Notes under the pieces: generated by a model
What the model was told of the DNA's origin: nothing
Databases searched by the model: none
What the model saw: the letters and a program-made list of their open reading frames with translations, nothing else
Made by a program: the position numbers and the translations under genes
Shown here: piece after piece, positions 31,283-41,339 of the stretch
Layout: the number at the start of each line of letters is the position of its first letter
Numbering within the stretch: position 1 is the stretch's first letter
Assembly: GCA_034670305.1 (NCBI GenBank)
Contig: JAXMNT010000003.1
Span: 64,001-128,000, forward strand
Direction: 5' to 3'
Source: Deltaproteobacteria bacterium
Lineage (GTDB): Bacteria > Myxococcota_A > Polyangia > Polyangiales > Houyiibacteriaceae
Length of the DNA stretch: 64,000 bases

Positions 31283-32044
31283 TCAAACGACGCCGAGTTC
31301 GCGCAGCTTCGGCACGATCCGTTGCTCGATGCAGTCGACGAACACCTCGCACGTCTGCGAGCCGCGCAACAGCCCGAGCGATTCGAGCGCCATCACCTCA
31401 GGGTTCGATTCCCGCTCGAGCTTCGCGTCGTCGAAGGGGCCACCGACCCGGGCCTCCATGGTCTGCAGATGCATCGCACACTCCGGCCAGAGATCCTTGG
31501 CGAACGCGGGCGGCAACTTCGGAAGCACGAACGCACCGACCCGCGCGCCGAGCGGTCCGTGCCGCGCTTCGTCGCGCAACAGTTCGGTGTAGGCCCAGAC
31601 CGCGATCGGCACGGACGCCATCGTGCGCGCACGCTGAAACGCCGCGGCACTCAACGACTCCCCGACGAGGAACCCGGGCACCGCAAGCCGCGCCAGCCGC
31701 TCCAGCACAGGAAGGTCCTCGAAGGTGCGCGGCGCCATCGCGCTCGACCTCGCGGGATGGCCAAGCGTTCGAAGCACGTGGTCGCACACCCGCACGTGGC
31801 GGGTTTCGTCTTCGACCACCCGGGCGGCGTCCTGAAGAAGCTCGAGCGGCGCGTCGACCGCCACCAGGTCGGCGACCAGCAGCGTCCCTGCGATCAACGA
31901 GTCGCGTTCGTCTTCGTAGAGGACCTGCCATCCGCGCGCGGCCCGAGCGAGGGTTGCCGCATCGAAGGACGCAGGGTCGAACGGCGGGGGAGGATCTCGA
32001 AACGACGCGAAGCGCGGACCGCCGGGTGGCTCAGCCTTCGTCAC
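31283..32044 (-). CDS. Ferritin-like (diiron) domain protein
   Basis: E...EDETRH and E...DEARH paired carboxylate/His motifs. GTG 32044 is preferred over ATG 32089 because it minimises the overlap. Confidence 0.8.
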   Translation of the reverse strand: MTKAEPPGGPRFASFRDPPPPFDPASFDAATLARAARGWQVLYEDERDSLIAGTLLVADLVAVDAPLELLQDAARVVEDETRHVRVCDHVLRTLGHPARSSAMAPRTFEDLPVLERLARLAVPGFLVGESLSAAAFQRARTMASVPIAVWAYTELLRDEARHGPLGARVGAFVLPKLPPAFAKDLWPECAMHLQTMEARVGGPFDDAKLERESNPEVMALESLGLLRGSQTCEVFVDCIEQRIVPKLRELGVV

Positions 32045-32216
32045 GATCGGTCGGTGCGTCTTCGTCGGCTTCGGCGTCGGACCCAGCATCGATCGGCGGG
32101 GGCGGCGGGTTGCCGATCGGAACGCATCCCTGCGTCGGGGTGACCGCTACGGCGAGCCCGAGCGTGGCCAACAGACGTTTCACACTGCGGGGTGCGCGGG
32201 CGGTCTCGTCGCTCAT
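32031..32216 (-). CDS. 61-aa small lipoprotein / candidate precursor peptide
   Basis: Basic N-region, hydrophobic core, TQG|C, then VPIGNPPPPP and an acidic DAG tail; fills the gap between two same-strand genes. Confidence 0.65.
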   Translation of the reverse strand: MSDETARAPRSVKRLLATLGLAVAVTPTQGCVPIGNPPPPPIDAGSDAEADEDAPTDRDEG

Positions 32217-32270
32217 GCCGCTCAGCCTACCAACGCATCCCGATCGAGCCCACCTTCGTGAGCACCAGCA

Positions 32271-33962
32271 TCAACGGACCGTGCTCGGCACCGTGAGCGT
32301 CATGCCGTCCGTGGTGCGGTAGTGATGCGCGTCCTCGACGACCGGGATGAGCAGGTTGCTCGAACCGGCGGCGCTGAGCTGGACTTCCCGCGCGGCGACC
32401 CAGCCGAGAGGGCGGCCGGTGTCGTCGTGGGCCATCATCATGGTGACGTCTTCGTCCTCTTCGAGCGCGGGCACCTCCTGCACGATGCCGGCCCAGTTCG
32501 GACGCATGAAGGGGTTGATGCCGACGAGGTGGTGTTCGGTGGTCGGGGCCCAGGTGGCCGAGAACGCCATGCCGCCGGCGACCTGCACGACCCGGTCGTA
32601 GAGCTTCTCGTAGTTGTAGTCCGAGAGCCACTGAGGCTTGCAGTAGCCCATCATGTCCTTGGTGCTCGGCGGGAAGAACTGGTCACCGCGGTTGTCGTAG
32701 CCCCAGACGCCGATGGTGCCGCCGCTGTACGGGAACGCGGGGTCGGGTCCCGCCGCGCCGCCGCACGGCGCGTGCTGGACGCCGAACGAGTGGCCGAACT
32801 CGTGGATGCCGCTGAAGCGGCTGTTCTCGTCCGCGTAGCCGAGCGCCAGGCCGCCGCGCTGACTCGAGAGGCTGCGGTCGTTGAGCGGCGCGATGCCCGC
32901 GATGCAACCGCCCGAGCAGTACGAGCTGAACGTGGCGCCCGGGTTCACCAGGCCGATGTAGTACTCGTGGTTCGGCGCGCCGTCCGCCGCACGCACCGAG
33001 AGCACGTGGTTGAGGGCGTTGCTCCACTGACCGAAGCCGGTGCGGGGAATGGCGCTCGGGTAGTCGCTCGGCGCGCGCACCCGGAGGTTCACGTCGGCGA
33101 CCGGGAAGAGCGCGCGGATGTGGGCGCGGAAGGCGTCCATGGCGGCGGGCGAGGTGTCGGGGAGTCGACCGGAGCCGTCGCCGTTGTAACGGATCGGCAC
33201 CACGACGACGTCGAGACCCCCGTTGGTGTGGGCTTCGAGCGGGAAGGTCGAACCGTCGCGCGGGAAACGCGCGGTCGCTGCGCCGGTGCCGCCGTCGCGC
33301 ATGATGGCGACGCTCAGCTGCGTCTCCGTCGTGATGCGGGCCGCCGGCACGTCGATCTCGAAGAGCGAGTTCCGGTCTGCGTCGTTCGAGGCGCCAGAGA
33401 TCGTCGCTTCGTCGGTGTAGTAGTCGGTCTGCTCGCCGTTGACGACGGTCATCATCGCGGTGACCACGCCGCCCGACGAGCCGCTGGCGTACACCCGGAA
33501 TCGGATCTCGCGACCCGCGATGATGGGCGCGTTGTGGTCGGCGATCGCTCCGGACTGCACGAGGTGCACCTGAACGGTCTGGAACGCCGCCATGCCGGTG
33601 ACCTCCACGCCGGCGGCCAAGCCGAAACTCGGGGGCAAGGGGCCGGTGGGGGGCGGGTCCACGACGCCCCCGCCACCGTCGAGGGTGGGGCTGCCGGCGT
33701 CGACGCCCATGCCCGCGTCCGTGCCGGGGCCGGCGTCCACCCCGGGACCCGCGTCCACACCGGGACCGGCATCCACGCCCGGACCACCGTCGACACCGGG
33801 ACCTGCGTCTCCCGTCCATCCGGAATCGGGGTTGGCGGTGCCGGTGTAGCCGGTGGTCCAGAGCTCTCCCCCGGTACAACCCAGCAACGAACCGGCGGCG
33901 AGGATCGCGCAGACGGGAAGGAGGTTGTTTTTGGCGGGCAGAGAGGGGATTGAGTGTCGCAC
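32271..33962 (-). CDS. Zinc metallopeptidase lipoprotein (M66-like)
   Basis: LLGC lipobox, (DAGPGV)n linker, HEFGHSFGVQHAPC, GVWGYD, DMMGYC. Start approximate. Confidence 0.85.
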   Translation of the reverse strand: MRHSIPSLPAKNNLLPVCAILAAGSLLGCTGGELWTTGYTGTANPDSGWTGDAGPGVDGGPGVDAGPGVDAGPGVDAGPGTDAGMGVDAGSPTLDGGGGVVDPPPTGPLPPSFGLAAGVEVTGMAAFQTVQVHLVQSGAIADHNAPIIAGREIRFRVYASGSSGGVVTAMMTVVNGEQTDYYTDEATISGASNDADRNSLFEIDVPAARITTETQLSVAIMRDGGTGAATARFPRDGSTFPLEAHTNGGLDVVVVPIRYNGDGSGRLPDTSPAAMDAFRAHIRALFPVADVNLRVRAPSDYPSAIPRTGFGQWSNALNHVLSVRAADGAPNHEYYIGLVNPGATFSSYCSGGCIAGIAPLNDRSLSSQRGGLALGYADENSRFSGIHEFGHSFGVQHAPCGGAAGPDPAFPYSGGTIGVWGYDNRGDQFFPPSTKDMMGYCKPQWLSDYNYEKLYDRVVQVAGGMAFSATWAPTTEHHLVGINPFMRPNWAGIVQEVPALEEDEDVTMMMAHDDTGRPLGWVAAREVQLSAAGSSNLLIPVVEDAHHYRTTDGMTLTVPSTVR

Positions 33963-34119
33963 GCCCTGGGTAGTGCAAGGACCGTGCACACCACCGGCAC
34001 GCGGGACTCGAGCAGGCCGCAGACTGGGGGGTCACACCTGGGTGGGACCGGTGGACCCACCCCGCCGGGGGCGAAAACCCTTGACCTGCCGCGGTCTCCA
34101 CCGACAATCGGGAGCGAAC

Positions 34120-34545
34120 ATGTCCAATCCAGACTTCATTCTCGGTCCCGATGTCTTCGTGAACGCCTCCGTGGCCCTCGGCTCACCTCCCGAACACGTC
34201 GTCCGCCGTGCACTCGGCCCCAACAAACCCAAGACGAAGACCACCCAGTGGATCCTCGATCGGGTGGCCGGCATGCTCGGCAACATCGACGCCTTCAAGC
34301 CCGAAATGGTCACGGCCCAGGTCGGGACCATCAAGAACTTCGTCGAGGTGGTCGACGAGAAGATCGAACACGGTCCGGACGCGTGGGTCGAGGCGCTGGT
34401 CGCGGCAGCGAAGGCTGCAGACGTGAAGCGGGTCGTGACCGATCACCCGGATCTGGCGGACAAGGACGAGGTCGACGGGATCGAGTTTCTCTCGAGCGAC
34501 GCGTGGTTGGTCGAAGCCACCACGCCGCCCCCGCCTCCTTCATGA
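34120..34545 (+). CDS. PIN-domain-like protein with a degenerate active site
   Basis: FILGPDVFVNA..GSPP (cf. VLDTNVLVSA), AAAKAADVKRVVTDHPDL, DGIEFLS; GGAG RBS upstream. Confidence 0.6.
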   Translation: MSNPDFILGPDVFVNASVALGSPPEHVVRRALGPNKPKTKTTQWILDRVAGMLGNIDAFKPEMVTAQVGTIKNFVEVVDEKIEHGPDAWVEALVAAAKAADVKRVVTDHPDLADKDEVDGIEFLSSDAWLVEATTPPPPPS

Positions 34546-34549
34546 ACGC

Positions 34550-35635
34550 TTGCGGGGCGGCGGTTTGACGACGGTGGGTTGGGTCGGACAGGGGGCAGCC
34601 ACCCTCGATCGAGCGTTCCGCGCCACCGTGCTCGCCAGGCGCCGTCGCAACGGACCGGAGTCCACGCTGGGACCCGTGGAGCGGATCCACGGGCTGCGGG
34701 CGATCGCGGCCGAGGTCGCGGCCATCCCGAACGACGCAGACTCGTTCTTGCCCCGTGCTTCCATCACGCCGACGGTCGAACGCATCGGGCGGAGCGGCCG
34801 GGCGCACAGCGTGCGTTTCGCGAGTCCGCACCGGCTCTGGTTTCGACCTTCGCCCGGCGAACCCGAAGCGCTCGAAGACCGGTGGCGCCGCTACCCGGAG
34901 AACTACACCGTCGACGCCCGCTGGTTGCGTGCGGGTCCGGTCGACGCGCCCGTCTGCTTGCTGCTCCATGGGTACCTCGGCGGCGTGCATGCGATCGAAG
35001 AACGGTTCTGGCCGATCGAGTGGCTGCACCGAAACGGCATCGACGCGATGCTCGTCGCGCTCCCGTTTCATGGCGCGAGGCGCCGAAAGAAACCCCGCAC
35101 GCCACCGCCCTTCCCTGGCGGCGATCCGAAGTTCACCATCGAAGGTTTCCGCCAAACGTGCGTGGACCTGCGCTCGCTCACGACATGGCTCCGTGGCGAA
35201 GGCGCCCGTGCCGTCGGCGCGATGGGCATGAGCCTCGGCGGCTACAGCGCCGCGCTGCTCGCCACGGTGGAGCCGCTCGACTTCGTCGCGCCCTTCATTC
35301 CATTGGCGTCGATCGCGGACTTCGCACGCGACGGAGGCCGACTCATCGGCACCCGCACCCAGCAGCTCGAACAACACGCGTTGCTCGAAACCATCCATGC
35401 GCCTGTGAGCCCGTTGACCCGTCCGTGCCTCGTGCCTGAAGGCGGCCGGTTGGTGATCGCGGCGAAGAACGATCACATCACCCCGATGACGCACGCGGCC
35501 AAGATCGCCACCCACTTCGACGCGCCGCTCGAGATCTTCCGCGGCGGACACTTGCTCCAGTTCGGTCGACGTGGTGCGTTCCGAGCCTTCGCCAAGATGC
35601 TGCACGCGCTCGAGCTGACCACGGTGGCATCGTGA
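34550..35635 (+). CDS. Alpha/beta hydrolase
   Basis: LLHGYLG, LPFHG.R, GMSLGG nucleophile elbow, ND, GGH. Start uncertain. Confidence 0.85.
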   Translation: MRGGGLTTVGWVGQGAATLDRAFRATVLARRRRNGPESTLGPVERIHGLRAIAAEVAAIPNDADSFLPRASITPTVERIGRSGRAHSVRFASPHRLWFRPSPGEPEALEDRWRRYPENYTVDARWLRAGPVDAPVCLLLHGYLGGVHAIEERFWPIEWLHRNGIDAMLVALPFHGARRRKKPRTPPPFPGGDPKFTIEGFRQTCVDLRSLTTWLRGEGARAVGAMGMSLGGYSAALLATVEPLDFVAPFIPLASIADFARDGGRLIGTRTQQLEQHALLETIHAPVSPLTRPCLVPEGGRLVIAAKNDHITPMTHAAKIATHFDAPLEIFRGGHLLQFGRRGAFRAFAKMLHALELTTVAS

Positions 35636-36951
35636 CGAGGCGCATCGCCGCGGCCACCGTCCTCACCGCACTCCTTTGGGGTTGCGGCGGCGGACCCCGC
35701 GCCGGCGTCGACAGCGCCGTGCAGGGGCGCGACCTCGACGGAGCGCTCACGGCCTACGACACCTTCCGCGAAGTCGACGGCGCGGACGACGGGTTGCTCG
35801 CAGAGGTCGCGCGACTTCTGCTCGAGCTCGAAGCACTCGGCGACGACGAAGCCCGCCAGAAGTCCGCGCTGCTCGAGCTCCGACTGGCAGGCTCCGCCGG
35901 CCTCGCTGGCATCCGCCGGATCGCAGACTCCGAGGGCCGCACGACCGCCCGCGCTGGCGCGCTCGAAGTGCTCGCCCGGCGCGGCGACAGCCACGCCCGC
36001 GCGCAGCTCTATGCCTGGCTCGACGAAGACGACCCGCGCCTCGTCGCGGCCGCTGTGACCGCGGTCGATCCGATCGAGGAGACCGCGCGGCTCGTCGCCT
36101 TCACCTCGGACCCCGATGCCTCGGTGCGCCGCGCCGCCGCGCTTCGCCTCGGCGCCGCCACCGAGTCCGTCGACGCGATCCAGGCGCTCTCGCAGCTCGC
36201 CCGCGTCGATCCAGAACCGAGCGTGCGGCAAGCCGCCGTCAGCGCGCTCGGCGGTTTTGGCGCCGCGGCGACCGGGCCCTTGCGCGAGCGCATGGGCGAC
36301 GCCGAAGCGCAGGTTCGGCTCGCGGTCGTCCGCGCCTTGGTACGCGCCGATCGGGACGCCGCGCTCCCGCTCATCGCGCCGCTCCTCGCCGCCCCTCCGA
36401 GTCGCGCCGGCATCGAAGCCGCGCGCACGATCGCGCTGACTGGTGGGGCAGAACCGGGCGCCCCGATGCCGCAAGACGTAGAGGACGCGCGCGCGTACCT
36501 CGCGGGCGCGCTCGGCAACGAAGACGCCTCGCTCCGCTCCCAGGCGGCCGTCGCACTCGTCTCGTTGCCTGCCCACGAGGTCACCGACCGCCTCCTGATC
36601 GAGCGGCTCCAATCGGAGACCGATCCCGGCGTCCGTCTCGGCCTCGCCCGTGCGCTTCAGGACCGCGACGTCGGCGGCGCCGAAGCCGACGCGGTGCTCG
36701 AAGCCTTGCTCGAGGGCGATGGCATGCCGGCCGTGCAAGCCGCCGCCATCCTCTCGGTCGAAGGCCGCGAAGCCGCCCTCGCCCGCCTCGAAGCCGCCCT
36801 CGCCGCCGACGAACCCATGTTCCGCCGCGTCGCCGCCCGCGCACTCGCCCGCGACGCCGGCCGCCCGGACTCGGTGCGCCACGCGATGCGCGACCCCGAC
36901 CCCATGGTCCGCATCCACGCCGCCGGCGGCATCCTCGCCGCGTCGAACTAA
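35632..36951 (+). CDS. HEAT-repeat lipoprotein
   Basis: LWGC lipobox; repeated DP..VR..A..ALG units. Confidence 0.85.
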   Translation: MTRRIAAATVLTALLWGCGGGPRAGVDSAVQGRDLDGALTAYDTFREVDGADDGLLAEVARLLLELEALGDDEARQKSALLELRLAGSAGLAGIRRIADSEGRTTARAGALEVLARRGDSHARAQLYAWLDEDDPRLVAAAVTAVDPIEETARLVAFTSDPDASVRRAAALRLGAATESVDAIQALSQLARVDPEPSVRQAAVSALGGFGAAATGPLRERMGDAEAQVRLAVVRALVRADRDAALPLIAPLLAAPPSRAGIEAARTIALTGGAEPGAPMPQDVEDARAYLAGALGNEDASLRSQAAVALVSLPAHEVTDRLLIERLQSETDPGVRLGLARALQDRDVGGAEADAVLEALLEGDGMPAVQAAAILSVEGREAALARLEAALAADEPMFRRVAARALARDAGRPDSVRHAMRDPDPMVRIHAAGGILAASN

Positions 36952-37190
36952 CAACGTAACGAGCATCAACGCCAACCGAACATTGAAGGCTGAACTGGGG
37001 TGACTAGGCCATGCCCGGCCTCTGCCCCTGCCCTGGTCAGAACCGAACCGGCGGCCGAACTGGTCCCGTTAGATTCGTAGGCTGAAGTCAGGCGGCTGTG
37101 GGCTGTATGCCACAACTGAACCCAAGCTCCCCCAAAAACCTCAGTGTTTGATCTGGAACGAAGTGTGCACTCCCCCAGGCGGGAGGGGAC

Positions 37191-39959
37191 ATGGGAAGAC
37201 TGATTTCGATCGGCTTGGTCGGCTTGGTCGTCTGGGTTGCGGGGTGCAGCGCGAACGAAGTGGGGATGGTGCGACAAGCCCTGACCGACGGTTCCGTCGG
37301 AGATGCGGGGCTCGATCCCGGCACCCAATGCACCCGAACACCAGATGGCTGGCTGGCATGGTGCGCGGAGAACACCAGCTCCGCGCTTGCCTCCGAGTGC
37401 TCCGCATTACTCACCACGGATGATCCCGAACTCGCCGCCCTTTCACTCAACCTAAGGGCGTCCGAGTTGGGGCTATTCCCGACTGGTCTGGACACCCTCC
37501 GATTTGCTCATGTCGCCAGGAGCTTCGCGACGGTCGGGGAGTGGTTCGACCACTTAGTGTCGATGGAAACAGCCGAGCGGACCCGGTTCTCAGAGTTCGC
37601 GTCTCAAGCAAACCGAGCGTTCCTGAACTGCGAAGACTCTGAAGTTCTGCTGCCCTCCAGAACAAGGCCAGTGTGCTATCCGGATGCTACGGTCTCTGAG
37701 TTGGTGGGTGCGGAGGGCTTCGTATGTAGCGCATTCGACTCTGAGTGTGCGGTTGGAGAACTCCGCGGCAGTTGCTGTCATGCTTCCTATCGTCCCAATG
37801 GCATGCCCTGCGACGCCGGAGCCGGCCAATGTGTGGCCGGAGCCTGTCGGCCGAACGCGGAGATCCCCGACCTCAGTGCTCCCCAGCTCAACCACTCTAC
37901 GGTTGGGTCGGAGCACCACATCGACGTCGCGTCTGGCGGTCGCGCGTCGCTGTCCTTTCCAGACTATCCCGCGGGACGCACCGTCCGGATCGCGCTGGAC
38001 GGGGAACCGATGGTGGACCTCGACCCCGGCGATGAGACCCTCGTGTTGGCTCAGGTCCGCGTGGGTCGTACCGCGGACGGCATTCACAGCGTCCTCACCC
38101 CCGCGATCGTCACCACCACCCTGATCCTCCCCGAAGCCGACGAGGTCTGCATTCTGAACGATGACCCCAGCGATCCGAGTCCCTCGCCGCTTGATTGCTC
38201 GACCCGAGGCCTGCGGGTTTTGTGCCCGTCTTCGGATGGCGACGTCGAGTGCGTCACAGAAGACGGTCGTTCACGAGTCACAGCACCGAACCTCTTTGCC
38301 GCATGGCCAATGAGCGCGTCCTCCTCCGCCCCGCAACGTCAAGCGATGAACTCCACGTGGCTGTGCACAAGCCACCTGCCTGCGCTCGGCGCGCTCTGTG
38401 TGAATGACCTGCCCTGGCGTCCAGGCTGTTTCCCCCCGGGGAGCAAGGGCTCATGCGTCATGCCGTGCAACAAGCCGGGTTTCCGCGAGTGTGCTGTGTT
38501 CGGTTCCTGGTCGACCTGCGTCCCGTTCAGCGGGCTTCCGCTTTACAACGACATCACGCGCGGCGTGGACGAATGCGACGGGCTAGACAACGACTGCGAT
38601 GGCGACGTCGACGAGCACTCCACCTGCGACGACGGCCTCACCTGCACCGACGACGTGTGTCTTCTCGGGACCTGTGTGGGCGCTCGCAACGACACGTGCG
38701 CCACCCCGTTCACCGAATCCGACGCAAGCTGCTCGGTTTGGAGGTGCGCACAGAACCCGCTCCCGGATGGACCAGTGCCCGGATCGGGTTTCCCGGGCGT
38801 CGACGTCACCCATGTCGGTGATCCGCGCTGCGAAGTTTTTCTCCGGCACGGAGAGTGTACCGATCGGGATGGATGCGACTGCAACGGCCACGAGCGGTGC
38901 TCTCCAATCTCCGACGGAGTCGGTACGGACGGGGACGGCTGCTACGCCGCGGACCCGCCCCCATGCAACGAAGACGGCGACCTCTGCACGCTGGAGCCAT
39001 GCTGCGCCGACGCTGACCAAGCCGCCAACTGCCTCAACACAATGGACCCGGAGCAGCTCGAAGCCTACCGCCGCGGCTGTAGGATTGGAGAGGCCCTTGG
39101 TCGAACCTACGAAGCGCCCTGGAGCCCCTCCGATTCAAGTCGACAAGTCACATGCGTCTCAGACGTAAGCGTCGAACGAACGTGCGAGGACCTGAACGAT
39201 TGTACTGTTGATAGCTGCACGTCTGCGACTGGGAGCTGCAACAACAACGCAAAAATCGAGGGCACATCCTGCGCTATCGGCCTGGAATCGCCGCACACCT
39301 GCCGAGCCCGGCGCTGCGACGCCGACGCACGTTGTCTCCACAGCCCCGATCCGCCCGACCAGCGCGAGTGCGGGGCAGTGGAAGTGGACGGTCCCCCAGA
39401 GGATGCATTGCTCTACGAACTCGAACGGGACCCGTACAACGCCCCCGAGGACGAGATCACGTACACCGCGACCTGCCCGGGGGTCTGGTTCCCCCGTGAG
39501 GTCGCCCTTGCAAGTTGCCATACGGGGGCGTGCACACTGTTCGACGGGAGATGCGTAGTCAACAGTGGGTACCTCGGGTGCCCCGAGGCCGGACCTACCT
39601 TGGGGTGCTTGGAGTCCTTCTGCACCGACCGCACGGATGTCAGCTACCCGGGCCTCCCGTGCGATGAAGCCTGTCCCGCGCCATGCGACAACCCAGACGC
39701 CGACACCCGCGCGCCCGTGATTGGTTGCGACCTGCGCCCCAACTTCCGAAACTGCATCCCGCCCGGTAATGAGTGCCTGCGAGATTTCGAGTGTGCCAGC
39801 GACGGGACATGCAGCTCCATTCCGGACCATGCGTTCTGTCGCAACAACCACCCAGAGCTCAGGCGCAACTGCGACCCAGGTGGACCCCCGAGCGAACCGC
39901 GAGAACCCACGTGTGAACCGACTACGGGACGCTGTATGGCAGACCCATGCATCGGATAG
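37191..39959 (+). CDS. Large Cys-rich repeat lipoprotein
   Basis: VAGC lipobox, GGAGGG RBS; ECDGLDNDCDGDVDE, CDDGLTCTDDVC and CEDLNDCTVDSC repeats; atypical codon use. Confidence 0.8.
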   Translation: MGRLISIGLVGLVVWVAGCSANEVGMVRQALTDGSVGDAGLDPGTQCTRTPDGWLAWCAENTSSALASECSALLTTDDPELAALSLNLRASELGLFPTGLDTLRFAHVARSFATVGEWFDHLVSMETAERTRFSEFASQANRAFLNCEDSEVLLPSRTRPVCYPDATVSELVGAEGFVCSAFDSECAVGELRGSCCHASYRPNGMPCDAGAGQCVAGACRPNAEIPDLSAPQLNHSTVGSEHHIDVASGGRASLSFPDYPAGRTVRIALDGEPMVDLDPGDETLVLAQVRVGRTADGIHSVLTPAIVTTTLILPEADEVCILNDDPSDPSPSPLDCSTRGLRVLCPSSDGDVECVTEDGRSRVTAPNLFAAWPMSASSSAPQRQAMNSTWLCTSHLPALGALCVNDLPWRPGCFPPGSKGSCVMPCNKPGFRECAVFGSWSTCVPFSGLPLYNDITRGVDECDGLDNDCDGDVDEHSTCDDGLTCTDDVCLLGTCVGARNDTCATPFTESDASCSVWRCAQNPLPDGPVPGSGFPGVDVTHVGDPRCEVFLRHGECTDRDGCDCNGHERCSPISDGVGTDGDGCYAADPPPCNEDGDLCTLEPCCADADQAANCLNTMDPEQLEAYRRGCRIGEALGRTYEAPWSPSDSSRQVTCVSDVSVERTCEDLNDCTVDSCTSATGSCNNNAKIEGTSCAIGLESPHTCRARRCDADARCLHSPDPPDQRECGAVEVDGPPEDALLYELERDPYNAPEDEITYTATCPGVWFPREVALASCHTGACTLFDGRCVVNSGYLGCPEAGPTLGCLESFCTDRTDVSYPGLPCDEACPAPCDNPDADTRAPVIGCDLRPNFRNCIPPGNECLRDFECASDGTCSSIPDHAFCRNNHPELRRNCDPGGPPSEPREPTCEPTTGRCMADPCIG

Positions 39960-41008
39960 CCTGGCTTTGGTTGGCTGCTCTGTTTGGGTGCGGCGATCCC
40001 ATTTCAGTGGAGCTGGTGGAAGAGGGGTCTTTCGACTCACCGTTTGCAACGGTGAACGTTCAAATTGCCCCTGACTTCGATGGCGACGGGGCCAATGAAC
40101 TGTTCCTCATGACCCGTGAGGCCATGGTCAACCACTGGTACCTGATCTCTAGAGCCGGAGATCGAATGCTTGAGTTCGACTCCTGGCCCGAAGCTTGTTT
40201 GGGTGACATTGGCCCAGATGCAGATGGCGACGGACTCCCAGACGCCGCGCTCGCTTCCACGTCGGACCAGCAGTTTGGCGTCGTCGGAGGGTCCGGTGAG
40301 GTTGTCTGGGCACTGCGTAGCGAGGAAGAATGTGCCGGGCTGTACGGACTTGACCTCGGCGCCGACATCAACGGCGACGGCCTGGCCGACCTCGCCATGG
40401 TCGTCAAATGCACTCCGGCAATGGTTGAACTACGTGCCGGAAATACTGGGGCACTACTGGCTACCCAACCACTAGGGCACGGGCGAGACGGTTCTCGCTT
40501 GCGTCAACCGGTCTCGTTTACCACCGACCGTAACGGGGATGGGATCCCTGATGTGCTGGTGTCTCGACGCGACGGCTACACCATCTTCTCTGGCCGAGAT
40601 CTGACCCCCTTGTTTGAAGTTGAAGTAGCCGATCGAACCTACTGCCCTGCGGACCAGGCTGGACTCGACCTGGACGGCGACGGAGACGCGACTGACGCGG
40701 TGTGCCACCGTGTGTTCGACCGCGCCCAGAGTTCGGTGTTCGTTGCAGGCAGGCTCATTCCACTCGAAGCAGTCGGTGTCCCAATCCACGTCTGGGACAT
40801 GAACCGCGATGGCCTTGGGGAAATCGCGGTGCTCGACTACGAAACCAATCAGCTCCGGATCTTCGACGTGTGGGGAACGAATCTGTTTCGGATGCCATGG
40901 GGCGAAGCCACCCAGGGCTACGAGCCCTCTGGGGTCCTGGGTTCGGAGGGTGCGTTCGAGTTGGTCGCCCCTACCGTTGACGAGATCCGGTTCTTTGGAC
41001 AGCCATGA
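39947..41008 (+). CDS. FG-GAP/VCBS-like repeat lipoprotein
   Basis: LFGC lipobox; six DxDGDG-type loops (DFDGDG, DADGDG, DINGDG, DRNGDG, DLDGDG, DMNRDG). Confidence 0.82.
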   Translation: MHRIAWLWLAALFGCGDPISVELVEEGSFDSPFATVNVQIAPDFDGDGANELFLMTREAMVNHWYLISRAGDRMLEFDSWPEACLGDIGPDADGDGLPDAALASTSDQQFGVVGGSGEVVWALRSEEECAGLYGLDLGADINGDGLADLAMVVKCTPAMVELRAGNTGALLATQPLGHGRDGSRLRQPVSFTTDRNGDGIPDVLVSRRDGYTIFSGRDLTPLFEVEVADRTYCPADQAGLDLDGDGDATDAVCHRVFDRAQSSVFVAGRLIPLEAVGVPIHVWDMNRDGLGEIAVLDYETNQLRIFDVWGTNLFRMPWGEATQGYEPSGVLGSEGAFELVAPTVDEIRFFGQP

Positions 41009-41339
41009 TTCAGGATCGATGGCGTTTCTGTACGCGTGCAGTGAGCCCATTTCAGTGGAGCTGATGGAGGAAGGCTCGTTCAGTTTCTCCAATCGCAAGC
41101 TTCTTCGTCCAGTGCGTGTATGGGATATGAACCACGATGGCGTCGCCGAAGTCGCTGTGCTCGACCGCGACACCAACCAGCAGCGGATCTTCGACGTCTC
41201 CGGCGCCAATCTGTTCCGGGTTCCGTGGGGAACTCGGGTTCAATCGCACGATGTCTTTGGCTCCCTGGGCTCCGAAGCCGGTGGCTTCGAGTTGGTCGCC
41301 CCTACGGGCGGCGAGATCCGCTTCTTCAGGCAGCCATGA
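41005..41339 (+). pseudogene. Internally deleted, frameshifted paralog of the upstream FG-GAP lipoprotein
   Basis: Frame from 41019 reads CSEPISVELMEEGSF fused to VWDMNHDG...FELVAPTGGEIRFFRQP, matching the N- and C-ends of 39947..41008. The coupled ATG at 41005 is out of frame. Confidence 0.8.

Noticed and set aside
36952-37190. Possible tRNA, att site or ncRNA at the island's left edge
   Set aside because: No cloverleaf, and no matching direct repeat was found by eye at the right edge.
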